From IMG/VR virus record IMGVR_UViG_3300032272_000008, positions 1 to 64,000 of that record: a stretch of DNA of 64,000 bases; one strand, given 5' to 3'. A program made the position numbers and the translations under genes. The notes under the pieces are model-generated. The model was not told the DNA's origin. It saw only the letters and a list, made by a program, of their open reading frames with translations, and did no database searches. Every line of letters starts with the position of its first letter. The stretch's first letter is position 1. The DNA is from a virus. Its lineage: Duplodnaviria; Caudoviricetes. Below, piece after piece: positions 1 through 8,479 of the stretch.

Positions 1-1775
1 TACCCGGTGAATTCATCGAAATAGCTCGCGAAGCCATCGAAGGTCTCGATGTTATGCCATCAATGCGTGCGTTGATGACAGCTGGTCCCGCGCTCAAGCA
101 AGTGGCCATGGCCAACTACAACTGTACGGCGCACGGCATTGACAGTGTCAAGGCGTTCACCGACCTTATGTACATCATGATGTGCGGTTCCGGCTCCGGG
201 TTCTCCGTTGAGCGTCAGTTCACCGACAAGCTTCCGACTGTCAATCCTACAGTCTTGCGCGGCTTCAAAATTATCCGCGTCGAAGATGATCGCATCGGAT
301 GGTGTGACGCCATCTTTGAATACCTCACTCGCTCCTACAACGGCCTTTCATCGCGTCTCGACATTACCGGCGTCCGCAAAGAAGGTACTCGCCTCAAGAC
401 GTTCGGCGGCTATGCCTCTGGTGGACAGGTTCTCCTTGACCTCACCAACCACATCGACAAAATTTTCAACGATGCGCGTGGTCGCCAACTACGTCCATAC
501 GAAATCTTCTCGATCTGTACGATGATCGCGCAGATTGTTGTCGTAGGGGGAGTGAGACGATCAGCTACCATTTGCCTGTTCGATCTCTGGGACGACGAAA
601 TGCTTCGTGCCAAGACCGGCGACTGGCGTGCGAAAGGATCTGGCCGTGAACACTTCGCCATGGCCAATATCAGCGCGGTGTTCCTGGCCACACCGACCCG
701 CGCAGAGTTCGAGAACTACTGGCAAGCGTTGAAAGATTCGTATGCTGGTGAGCCTGGGATCTTCAACCGCGCTGGGGTTTGGAAGCACCTGAAAGCCAAT
801 GGCCGCAAAATCCACTATCCAGACGGTTCGCTCATTCCGTTCCTCGCCAATCCTTGTTGCGAAATCGTTCTTCGACCCAAACAGGCGTGCAATCTTACTG
901 GCGTTGCTGTGCGTGCTCACGATTCTCTATTGGATCTGGAGCGTAAAACCAAGATAGCAGCCATGCTCGGAACATGGCAATCCGGTGTGAACCACTTCGA
1001 ATACCTCGATCAAGAATGGCACGACAACATCAACGAAGAACGGCTCTTGGGCGTGTGTATCAGTGGCTTCTATGATCACAATATCCTCGGCAACGTCGGT
1101 CAGGACAGCACCTTCATGTTGAACCACTTGCGCGAAACAGCCATCAAGGCCAACGCGCATCACGCAGCTGAGATGGGCATCCCAGCCTCCGCCAGCGTCA
1201 CGTCGGTCAAGCCTGCCGGTAACTCCGGTGAATTGTACGGGACGGCCAGTGGCATCCACCCACGCTATGCAAACCACTTCGTGCGTACGATCCGCGCCTC
1301 ACGCTCTGATCCCGTTGCGAAGTTTCTTGAAGCTGAAGGTGTTCCGGTCGAAGCGTCATCCCAAAACGCTCGGGATCTTGTGTTCTCTTTCCCGCGCAAA
1401 GGTCCAGCTGGTGCGACGATTGCCAAAGACGTTTCAGCCCGTCAGCAACTAGATCACTGGATGCACGTGAAACAAAACTTCACCACGCACACAGTATCTG
1501 CTACGATCTACGTCAGAGATGACGAGTGGGACAGCTCCGCTGACTGGGTCTACGGAAACTTCGAAGAAATAACTGGCATTGCTTTCTTGCCCTTCGATGA
1601 CGGTTCATACGAACAAGCGCCGCTCCAACGTATTACAGAAGATGAATATGAAAAGAAGGCGTCCGTGTTCCCCGTCCTCGACTGGTCAAAGATGGCACTC
1701 TACGAAGACGTCGATACCACTTCACCCGCGCAGGAATTCGTTTGCGTTGGCGACAAGTGCTCTCTGACAGCATAG
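1..1775 (+). CDS. nrdJ: Class II (adenosylcobalamin-dependent) ribonucleotide reductase, 5'-truncated by window
   Basis: Frame is open from position 3. Contains PSMRALMTAG, GGVRRSA, the NPCCEI catalytic loop, TSVKPAGN and the C-terminal Cys pair CVGDKC. Confidence 0.92.
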   Translation, partial: PGEFIEIAREAIEGLDVMPSMRALMTAGPALKQVAMANYNCTAHGIDSVKAFTDLMYIMMCGSGSGFSVERQFTDKLPTVNPTVLRGFKIIRVEDDRIGWCDAIFEYLTRSYNGLSSRLDITGVRKEGTRLKTFGGYASGGQVLLDLTNHIDKIFNDARGRQLRPYEIFSICTMIAQIVVVGGVRRSATICLFDLWDDEMLRAKTGDWRAKGSGREHFAMANISAVFLATPTRAEFENYWQALKDSYAGEPGIFNRAGVWKHLKANGRKIHYPDGSLIPFLANPCCEIVLRPKQACNLTGVAVRAHDSLLDLERKTKIAAMLGTWQSGVNHFEYLDQEWHDNINEERLLGVCISGFYDHNILGNVGQDSTFMLNHLRETAIKANAHHAAEMGIPASASVTSVKPAGNSGELYGTASGIHPRYANHFVRTIRASRSDPVAKFLEAEGVPVEASSQNARDLVFSFPRKGPAGATIAKDVSARQQLDHWMHVKQNFTTHTVSATIYVRDDEWDSSADWVYGNFEEITGIAFLPFDDGSYEQAPLQRITEDEYEKKASVFPVLDWSKMALYEDVDTTSPAQEFVCVGDKCSLTA

Positions 1776-1783
1776 GAAAACAG

Positions 1784-2098
1784 ATGTCAATACAGAACGC
1801 TCGTAACCACGCTCGCAACACTGTTCGAGAAATAATGGCACACCATCGCGGTGGGTTGCTGGCAGCAGGCGTTCCTGGTCCTCGCATCTCATTCGTCAGG
1901 CAAGGGTACTCAACCCTTGTCCTGGTAGACAAGAATCCGATCTACGCCATCACAATAAAAAACGCGGCAAGACCGAAAGGTCCCGACCGCGTTTGGGTTG
2001 AAGAGGAATACATTGGAGCACCGTTTCAAGTGCAGTGTTCCCCGGATCTTAGCGTCTTCCTCGGCAAGCCTGAAGCACTTCTCAAAATCTACGACTAA
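1784..2098 (+). CDS. Hypothetical protein (104 aa)
   Basis: AGGAAAA RBS then ATG at 1784, right after the nrdJ stop. Confidence 0.6.
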   Translation: MSIQNARNHARNTVREIMAHHRGGLLAAGVPGPRISFVRQGYSTLVLVDKNPIYAITIKNAARPKGPDRVWVEEEYIGAPFQVQCSPDLSVFLGKPEALLKIYD

Positions 2099-4290
2099 GC
2101 TTCCTCAAGCAGTCGCCCTGGCACGTAAGGGAAGCCTCGGAAGTTGATGGCGTTGTTGAAACGTGTCCGACAGTCTTCATCGAAGCGCTTGCCGCAGCCT
2201 TCAAACAGTTGGAACCGATCACCGCTCTGAATGGTGTTCGCTGTCGGAAAGTACAACTTCACCGTGCTTGAACTGTCTGTCCAAATTCGTACGACGCTGA
2301 CTTGTCCGACGTTGTTTCCACTCAGCCACACCAGCTTGCCCAACGCATAAGTTGAGTCGTCTGCTGTGATGTTGTTGATCGTGAACTCTTTGGTGTCTGT
2401 CACGACGTTTACGGTATCGTATTCAAACTTCTGAGCGTACGCGCGCCATACCAGATTGGCATCGATCGTCAGGTCACCTGCCACTGTCGCAAACGTTGTT
2501 GCGGTGGACGTGTTGCCTTGCTCTGTTACAGTCTGCGCGCGAACCAGCGTATCGAGCTGAACGGCGAACGCATCAATGTTATCCACTGACGTTGTTCCCA
2601 GCGCATTCCCCGCAGGTGAACGGAGAACCATGATTATCTCAAGTTGATCCGCTGTGGACGGGATGATCATGTCTTCCCGCACCTGTTGCCAAGCTGTACC
2701 TGTTCCTTGGAGAGCATTCTGAGCAACTACCGTGCTTATCGTGGAGCCGCCTGAATCCTTCCAAACGAACGATAAGTCGAACTGACTTGATGAGTCTCCG
2801 AAGCCGACATCCATCACGACGGTGCAAAGGTAATTTCCTGCCGTGATTGATGAAGATGTGAGGAACCAGTCAGTCAACAGGTCTATCGTCTGTCGCATGG
2901 TAGTCTCATGCTGTACGCCGCCGCCATCGTCGCCGTGTGCCAAGAAATAGTCGCCGTCTGTTTCTGTCAAGCCATGTGCACTGGTGGTGACCTGTGCCCA
3001 TCCTCCACTGTCAACGGTCCAGCCTGTGATTGTTGGGTCCAAGGCCAACGTCACTGCGTCATCCGTTTCGAATGAATTATTGTTGAACACTTGGCGATTA
3101 TTAGGCTGCGTGATGTCCGAAACCTGTTCCAGGCGATGGATCAAATCACTATTCGGCTGCACTGACGTATGGTCGTAGTAGAACGCCTGAATGTCATCGA
3201 TACCGCACTTTGGCGAGTCGTCTTCAACTTTAGCGAATTGTATTGTGACGCGTAGAGTGCGCGTGGTCGCATATATTGGCGTGACAATCGAGCGTCTTTC
3301 CCACACACCAACGTCTTCAAAGAAATGATAGCCAGGGTCCGCAAGATGAACCGCATCCCCGTTCGTGTCAAACATCTCGACCGTCAGTTTGACGCCGCTT
3401 GAAGTGTTTGTGTATGCTTCCGCATCCCAGAACAGAGCGAACGTAAGTTGTCCTGCGTCTATTGCAGCGGTGCCCCACGACGTAATGTCGAGGTCTTGAT
3501 AGATCGTAGAGACGAAGCCGTTGTCGTTCGCACCACCATCTGCCCCACCTGCCAGAAGAAAAGAACCTTCAGTTTGTTGTGTGGTGGGCGTGCCCGCTTG
3601 TGACACAACCTGTAGCGCTTGCGTAAGTCCGTCTGTCCAACCTGTGATAGCACCGCCTGTGAGGACAGCTCCGTCAGTTTCAAAGCCTCCGTTGACAATC
3701 CCTGCGGAGGTCATCAGGCTCGTGTCGTAGGCGTACACCCAATCACCCACGGTATAGAAGTTCCGGCCAGCGTAGGCCTGTCCTTGGTCCAGCGCGACCT
3801 TACACCGTGCATCACCAAAGTCCGCGTCGCATGCAGGCTGATAGACGCGGATCACTTCGAAGTCGAGCATCTTCATGAGACCGAATATCGAGATGTCTAC
3901 GCGATTGTTCTGGTCGTACGAGATAGGACCGAACCATCCCTTGCGCCCAATGATTCGTCCGTCAGACGGTGTTACGGTGTCGAGCCAAAAGATTGTGATC
4001 TGTGCGTTGTCGAACAGCTTCTTTTTGAAGTCGTTCAGGACGAAAAATGTCTCGTCGCAGAACAGCGCGAGGTCTGTGTTATCGACAGCGAGGTTCGCCC
4101 CGCTATCGATCGTTCCGACTGTGAAAGGCTGGTCTGCCTTGTAGGTCTGTCCATCAAACACGATGTCGGTGTTGTGGTCTGTGAGACGGTAGGCACGCCC
4201 ATCCCCCCGCCTGATTTCGATGCACATGGCATTCGTCGTCACGGAAGCATCCAGAGAAGTCTGGAGAGCGGTGGGGATGGATTTTGGCAT
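2095..4290 (-). CDS. Tail hub / baseplate protein (DUF2163 + BR0599, GTA-type) with about 450-aa inserted beta-sandwich region
   Basis: N-term RRGDG..RLTDHNTDI..DG..Y; CDADFGDARC; C-term GCGKRFDEDCRTRFNNAINFRGFPYVPG. Confidence 0.85.
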   Translation of the reverse strand: MPKSIPTALQTSLDASVTTNAMCIEIRRGDGRAYRLTDHNTDIVFDGQTYKADQPFTVGTIDSGANLAVDNTDLALFCDETFFVLNDFKKKLFDNAQITIFWLDTVTPSDGRIIGRKGWFGPISYDQNNRVDISIFGLMKMLDFEVIRVYQPACDADFGDARCKVALDQGQAYAGRNFYTVGDWVYAYDTSLMTSAGIVNGGFETDGAVLTGGAITGWTDGLTQALQVVSQAGTPTTQQTEGSFLLAGGADGGANDNGFVSTIYQDLDITSWGTAAIDAGQLTFALFWDAEAYTNTSSGVKLTVEMFDTNGDAVHLADPGYHFFEDVGVWERRSIVTPIYATTRTLRVTIQFAKVEDDSPKCGIDDIQAFYYDHTSVQPNSDLIHRLEQVSDITQPNNRQVFNNNSFETDDAVTLALDPTITGWTVDSGGWAQVTTSAHGLTETDGDYFLAHGDDGGGVQHETTMRQTIDLLTDWFLTSSSITAGNYLCTVVMDVGFGDSSSQFDLSFVWKDSGGSTISTVVAQNALQGTGTAWQQVREDMIIPSTADQLEIIMVLRSPAGNALGTTSVDNIDAFAVQLDTLVRAQTVTEQGNTSTATTFATVAGDLTIDANLVWRAYAQKFEYDTVNVVTDTKEFTINNITADDSTYALGKLVWLSGNNVGQVSVVRIWTDSSSTVKLYFPTANTIQSGDRFQLFEGCGKRFDEDCRTRFNNAINFRGFPYVPGRLLEEA

Positions 4291-4292
4291 GT

Positions 4293-4610
4293 CTAGTTGT
4301 CCGTCGCTGTGAAGCGCTCAACTCGACTCTTGTACTTCGCATACAAGGCGTCACGTTGAGCAAGGTTGCCATGGCAGCGTTTCCAAGCGTGGTACAGTCC
4401 GCTGATATAGGCAGCGCGCTGACGGGAGCTTGATTTGCGTCCAGGGCTTCGTGGCGCATACGGGCAGTTTCGTAGCGCAGCTGGCACATGATACTCGATC
4501 TGTACCGTTGAGGGAACGCCATTCTGATCGCAGCCGGTGTTCCCCATAACGACGGGAGCGGATGCGACGACCAGCGCCATTCCGATTTGCTTTAACGTAG
4601 GCATGTTCAC
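4293..4610 (-). CDS. Outer-membrane spanin (Rz1-like lipoprotein)
   Basis: Hydrophobic leader ending in a GC lipobox-like Cys, Pro-rich segment, directly downstream of the i-spanin and endolysin. Confidence 0.7.
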   Translation of the reverse strand: MNMPTLKQIGMALVVASAPVVMGNTGCDQNGVPSTVQIEYHVPAALRNCPYAPRSPGRKSSSRQRAAYISGLYHAWKRCHGNLAQRDALYAKYKSRVERFTATDN

Positions 4611-4954
4611 TCTCTCTTCTTTTCTTCTTCCTGTTTCAATTTTTCAAGGAGATCCAACACAGGTGTGTTTGATTCCCTCACTTCATTCCAGACGACGCAG
4701 GTTTGCTCCACATCCACCTTGAATGTTTCTCGGGCTTTGTCGGCTGCTGCAAGCGTGTCCTTCGCCTGTGCGACGCTGAGTTGCGCGGCTTGGACGGCTT
4801 TCTTCCAGCCTTCTTCTCTGTCCTCCAACACAGCGATACGTTCACCGCGCACTTGGTAGTTGTTGATGAAGTACGCGCCGCTTGCGATGAGCACTCCGAG
4901 AATAGCCCATGTTGCCCACGAGCCGAGTAGCAGTCTGATTGCACCAAATAGCAT
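4607..4954 (-). CDS. Inner-membrane spanin (Rz-like)
   Basis: N-terminal TM helix followed by coiled coil; lies between endolysin and lipoprotein. Confidence 0.7.
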   Translation of the reverse strand: MLFGAIRLLLGSWATWAILGVLIASGAYFINNYQVRGERIAVLEDREEGWKKAVQAAQLSVAQAKDTLAAADKARETFKVDVEQTCVVWNEVRESNTPVLDLLEKLKQEEEKKRE

Positions 4955-4963
4955 TGTCTTCTC

Positions 4964-5866
4964 CTATAGTTTGTTGAGGTACTTGCTGTACACCCAACCC
5001 TTCATGTCGTCTTCACCACCCGATGTGGTCTGCATGAGATACCAGTTCCCACGCATTTCGTATACATTGCCGATGCGCCAACGAGGCACGACACCGATGA
5101 TGTCACCGTGCATTCCAGGGGCACTGCGCATGTTGACTTCTGTATGCGCCTGGAATGTCGCAACGTCGTCTTCGTCGTCGTCGGGTTCAGAAACGCTAGA
5201 TCCTGTTCCGCGATCTTCGATGAGTTTTTGGAAACGCTCCATCGGAAAAGCCGGACCAGGATCAGTTTTCCATCCGCGTGTGTCAATCTCATCATGGCCG
5301 ACGATGTATTTCACTGTCGGATACTTCGCAAGAATGGCTTCAACCATTTGCTCAGTCGCATCCAGCTGCGCGTCAGGGAATGGTTCCCACGAATATTCGC
5401 CACTGCCGTTGTTCTTATGGCGTCCCATTTCCCAATCACGAACAGGAATAGAGCAGGCCATCTTCCGATCCTTGTCACGGAAATTGCCGTCGCCGTCGAT
5501 GTACTGGCCATATGGATCACGCCACATGTCCGCTCCGACCTTTTTGAGCCAACCGATGTTGCACAGTTCAAAGCCGATGCTGTGCGTGTTGAGGTCTTTG
5601 TAACCGTGGCTCCGAGAAGGCCCAGCGTGCCACGCACGGCGGTTCAAGCCTGCGGTCTGGTACTTGTCCCCCTCACGGCCTATAACCAGCTGACAGGACG
5701 CCTGTCGCTTGCTCTTGACCAGTGTGAACAGGTCACCTTCAGTCGTGTGACCGGCAGTGTAGTGGATGACAAGAAACTTTGGTGTGGTTGTCCCGCGACT
5801 GATCTTCTTTGTCTTGCGGCGCTCGACGTCTTTTGTGTCGAACCAGTGTTTGGAAATCTTGAGCAT
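4964..5866 (-). CDS. Endolysin, N-acetylmuramoyl-L-alanine amidase (Amidase_2) with C-terminal SH3b domain
   Basis: LVIHYTAG, AWHAG, SIGFELCNIG, IVGHDEI, KTDPGPAFP; C-term VNMRSAPG...GWVYSKYL. Confidence 0.9.
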   Translation of the reverse strand: MLKISKHWFDTKDVERRKTKKISRGTTTPKFLVIHYTAGHTTEGDLFTLVKSKRQASCQLVIGREGDKYQTAGLNRRAWHAGPSRSHGYKDLNTHSIGFELCNIGWLKKVGADMWRDPYGQYIDGDGNFRDKDRKMACSIPVRDWEMGRHKNNGSGEYSWEPFPDAQLDATEQMVEAILAKYPTVKYIVGHDEIDTRGWKTDPGPAFPMERFQKLIEDRGTGSSVSEPDDDEDDVATFQAHTEVNMRSAPGMHGDIIGVVPRWRIGNVYEMRGNWYLMQTTSGGEDDMKGWVYSKYLNKL

Positions 5867-5882
5867 ATCTATTCCTCAATGC

Positions 5883-5914
5883 AAAAAAGACCGAGAGCCA
5901 ACTGACTCCCGGCC
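5883..5914 (-). terminator. Rho-independent terminator immediately upstream of the endolysin RBS
   Basis: Minus strand GGCCGGGAG-8nt-CTCTCGGTC followed by TTTTTT. Confidence 0.7.
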
Positions 5915-5940
5915 TCGTTTTGAACGTCGTTTCGTTCGGA

Positions 5941-6075
5941 TTAGTCGTCGAGCTTGTCTTTAAGCGAATCGATCGTTGGCCGAACTTTCTTGTTGAACAA
6001 CTTTACGATCTTGTCGCGCTTAAAATACAAGACTGCGGCAGCGATTACCACCACGCCGATTAGGATCAGGTCCAT
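5941..6075 (-). CDS. Small single-pass membrane protein (44 aa), not in ORF track
   Basis: AGGAG RBS; MDLILIGVVVIAAAVLYFKRDKIVKLFNKK..., TM helix then basic tail. Confidence 0.65.
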   Translation of the reverse strand: MDLILIGVVVIAAAVLYFKRDKIVKLFNKKVRPTIDSLKDKLDD

Positions 6076-6125
6076 GTTCTTCACTCCTGCTTGGGTTTTT
6101 TTAGATCACTATTGAGACAGAGACC

Positions 6126-6404
6126 CTACCCTGTTTCATCATCGGGCGTCAAGCCTTGTTCTTTCAGAACATCGTGACAAATCGATCCTGTAAGTGATTG
6201 AACCACGCCCAAATCCCACAATCTGGCAATGCAAAGTCCCACTACGTAGTGGATGCCGGGTTTTTCTTCGCGGGTGACACTGTCAAGCGGTGGGAAGTGC
6301 TCGACGACCATCGCCACGGACCCAGCTTCGTCACCATCCCACAGGGTAATGACAGTTTTCTTTTTCACGTCGTCAGGGACACCGGCTTGCGGATTGTCAG
6401 TCAT
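6126..6404 (-). CDS. Hypothetical protein (92 aa)
   Basis: AAGGAAAA RBS; start overlaps the upstream stop. Confidence 0.65.
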   Translation of the reverse strand: MTDNPQAGVPDDVKKKTVITLWDGDEAGSVAMVVEHFPPLDSVTREEKPGIHYVVGLCIARLWDLGVVQSLTGSICHDVLKEQGLTPDDETG

Positions 6405-7164
6405 TATACTTTTCCTTCAGTTGCTTTTCGATCATTTCGAGAGTGTACATCTTCCGATAGCTTCCCCAGCCAGGAAAGGTCTCATGGAGGTACGGTGATT
6501 GCCACTGGTTCTCAGCATTGTTGCGATTGTCCGCTTTCGCAACGTGAGACATGTGTGGACTGTATTTCCAGAAGTTGCTGCGAAGCATGTCGAAGATTTT
6601 CATCTCCTGATCGATGGTGACTTTGCCACCACTCATCCACATGTCGCGTGTCCCTCTGGCACAGCGCGCGACGCTCATCTTCTGCATCACGAGCAAAGCC
6701 TCTTGTAGCTGAATGCTGATGTCACCAGACCCTCTGATGGAGTGCTCGAAGACATCTCCTTCCAGATCCGATTGCTCTATGAAAGGAAGATGCCAAGAGC
6801 CTTCTTCAGCCATCGTGCTGTGGTAGTGGCCGATCCGCATTTCCATAACGGTATCGACGAAAGATTTTATCCCTCGACACGTGTCACACATCGCGCCCAT
6901 TGTCAGCAATGGGCTGCTATCCGCCAACGTGAAGACGCAAGGAGTGTATCCTGTGAATGTGCCTTGTCCGGCGAAGACCAACCCCGCTTCATCATCACCG
7001 ACCACCGTCTCGTTGACCGTGATATGGATGCCCGGTGTGTTTCGCATGGCAGTAAAGATTTGGGACGGGATAATGCCAACGAAGGTTGTCAACCGTTGAC
7101 CGGACGGTCCTACGGTGTCACCGACAATGTCCATCAAAGTGTCGTTATACTTTTCCAGCACCAC
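6397..7164 (-). CDS. Degenerate ThyX-like protein lacking the RHR catalytic motif
   Basis: IVGDTVGPSGQRLTTF, WHLPFI, KMSVARCAR and FPGWGSYRK match phage-type ThyX flanks; no (R/T)HR..S..SSR motif. Start may be ATG 7134. Confidence 0.6.
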   Translation of the reverse strand: MVLEKYNDTLMDIVGDTVGPSGQRLTTFVGIIPSQIFTAMRNTPGIHITVNETVVGDDEAGLVFAGQGTFTGYTPCVFTLADSSPLLTMGAMCDTCRGIKSFVDTVMEMRIGHYHSTMAEEGSWHLPFIEQSDLEGDVFEHSIRGSGDISIQLQEALLVMQKMSVARCARGTRDMWMSGGKVTIDQEMKIFDMLRSNFWKYSPHMSHVAKADNRNNAENQWQSPYLHETFPGWGSYRKMYTLEMIEKQLKEKYND

Positions 7165-7588
7165 GTTTTGCTTCCTTCCATCGCTGCTGTAGTTCGGGGA
7201 GAACCGCAGTCATTTGTTTCTGAACGCGTGAGGTAGTGCCAGAGAGGCCTCGATCATCAATGGCGTGTCCGCCTTCAACAGCGTCCAGAATGATCGCACA
7301 GCAGGCCATGGCGTGTCCTAGATGATGCACTCCGCTGTCGTCCGCGATTTCTTCGCCGTCAGCATATGCAAGCAGATGACGGAAAGCTGCGTCAATGTAC
7401 GTACAAATTGGAACGTCTTTCTCGCGCCAATTGTATTTGCCGTATTTTTCAACGCCGTTCATCATTCCAAGGGAGAGGTGTAAGAGCGCGGGGCCGGGAA
7501 TAGCTGTGACGCTCGGCTTGCCATTGCCGATGAGTGTTTTGGGATTGGCATCTTCAGCTCGTTTTGCAACGTCGATCTTGTCTGTCAT
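7145..7588 (-). CDS. dATP/dGTP diphosphohydrolase N-terminal domain (DUF5664) protein
   Basis: NPK..G..K, G..KYG.YNWR, YIDAAFRHLLAY.DGE..ADDSGVHHLGHAMACCAIILDA; GAAAGG RBS before ATG 7588. Confidence 0.8.
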   Translation of the reverse strand: MTDKIDVAKRAEDANPKTLIGNGKPSVTAIPGPALLHLSLGMMNGVEKYGKYNWREKDVPICTYIDAAFRHLLAYADGEEIADDSGVHHLGHAMACCAIILDAVEGGHAIDDRGLSGTTSRVQKQMTAVLPELQQRWKEAKRGAGKV

Positions 7589-7674
7589 GTCAGGACCTTT
7601 CATTTCAATTGGAGAGACTCCAGGGTGGCAGATGGAGAACACCACCCTGGAGACATGGGACTACGTAGTCAGGC

Positions 7675-8472
7675 TTACGCTTTCGCCCCACGACGTTGAG
7701 CACGGAAATTACCCCGAGTGCCCGCCGCCGCTTTATCCTTCGCTGATTTGTTTTCAACGTCTTTTTTGGCAGCTTCCTTCGGCGCTTCAGTTTCGCCTTC
7801 GGTTTCCGCCGCATCGCCTTCAGCCGCTTGAGCCAGTTCTTCCAGCTCGGCTTCAGGCACCCAATCGACGATTTTCAAGATCGGCGCGTACTTAGTGCCG
7901 CCTTTCGAATCGAAGGATTCCGATGAGATTTCGATGACTGGAATCATCGGGCGACGTGTGTCAGGATCGATGTGCTTCTTTCCTTCAACCCCAAACTCTT
8001 TCACGAGCTTGTTCACCGGACGATAGCCGTTTTCAGCTGGAAGTGAAACTTCCATTTGGCCATATTCCATCTCCATGTCGCGGACGTCGATCACGACCAC
8101 GCGCTGCCAACCATCCATTTCCTTGAACTTCTCGATCGGCTGAAGTTCGTGTTCAGCAGGAAGCGGATTGCCGCCCAGCATAGGCTCAAGAATCTTCTTG
8201 ATCGGCTTGCCATTTGACCAGCCAATATAGCCCATCCGACACGTGAGTACGTTGAAGGCGAACAGGGTCAAATCACCCAGGACGTCATCACGTACGGTCC
8301 ACTCTCCGGTGTTGCCAGAGAACCGAAGGAAGCCTTCAGCATCACTTACACCAGCGTTGTCGGCATACTGCACAAACGGGTTTGCGTCACCCGCCATGTA
8401 GGCTTCCATTGCGCGATCAGCAGCGCTCATAGTCGCAACTTCAGTACCAGTCTCTTCGTTCTCATTTGTCAT
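7675..8472 (-). CDS. Probable ssDNA-binding / annealing protein
   Basis: Position in nuclease-helicase-polymerase block; FLRFSG..GEW and YAP.LKIVDW; acidic then basic tail. Function inferred from context. Confidence 0.5.
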   Translation of the reverse strand: MTNENEETGTEVATMSAADRAMEAYMAGDANPFVQYADNAGVSDAEGFLRFSGNTGEWTVRDDVLGDLTLFAFNVLTCRMGYIGWSNGKPIKKILEPMLGGNPLPAEHELQPIEKFKEMDGWQRVVVIDVRDMEMEYGQMEVSLPAENGYRPVNKLVKEFGVEGKKHIDPDTRRPMIPVIEISSESFDSKGGTKYAPILKIVDWVPEAELEELAQAAEGDAAETEGETEAPKEAAKKDVENKSAKDKAAAGTRGNFRAQRRGAKA

Positions 8473-8479
8473 TTCAATC

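Noticed and set aside
7145-7588. 2-aminoadenine (Z) genome pathway
   Set aside because: No purZ or datZ in the window; this domain alone is insufficient.
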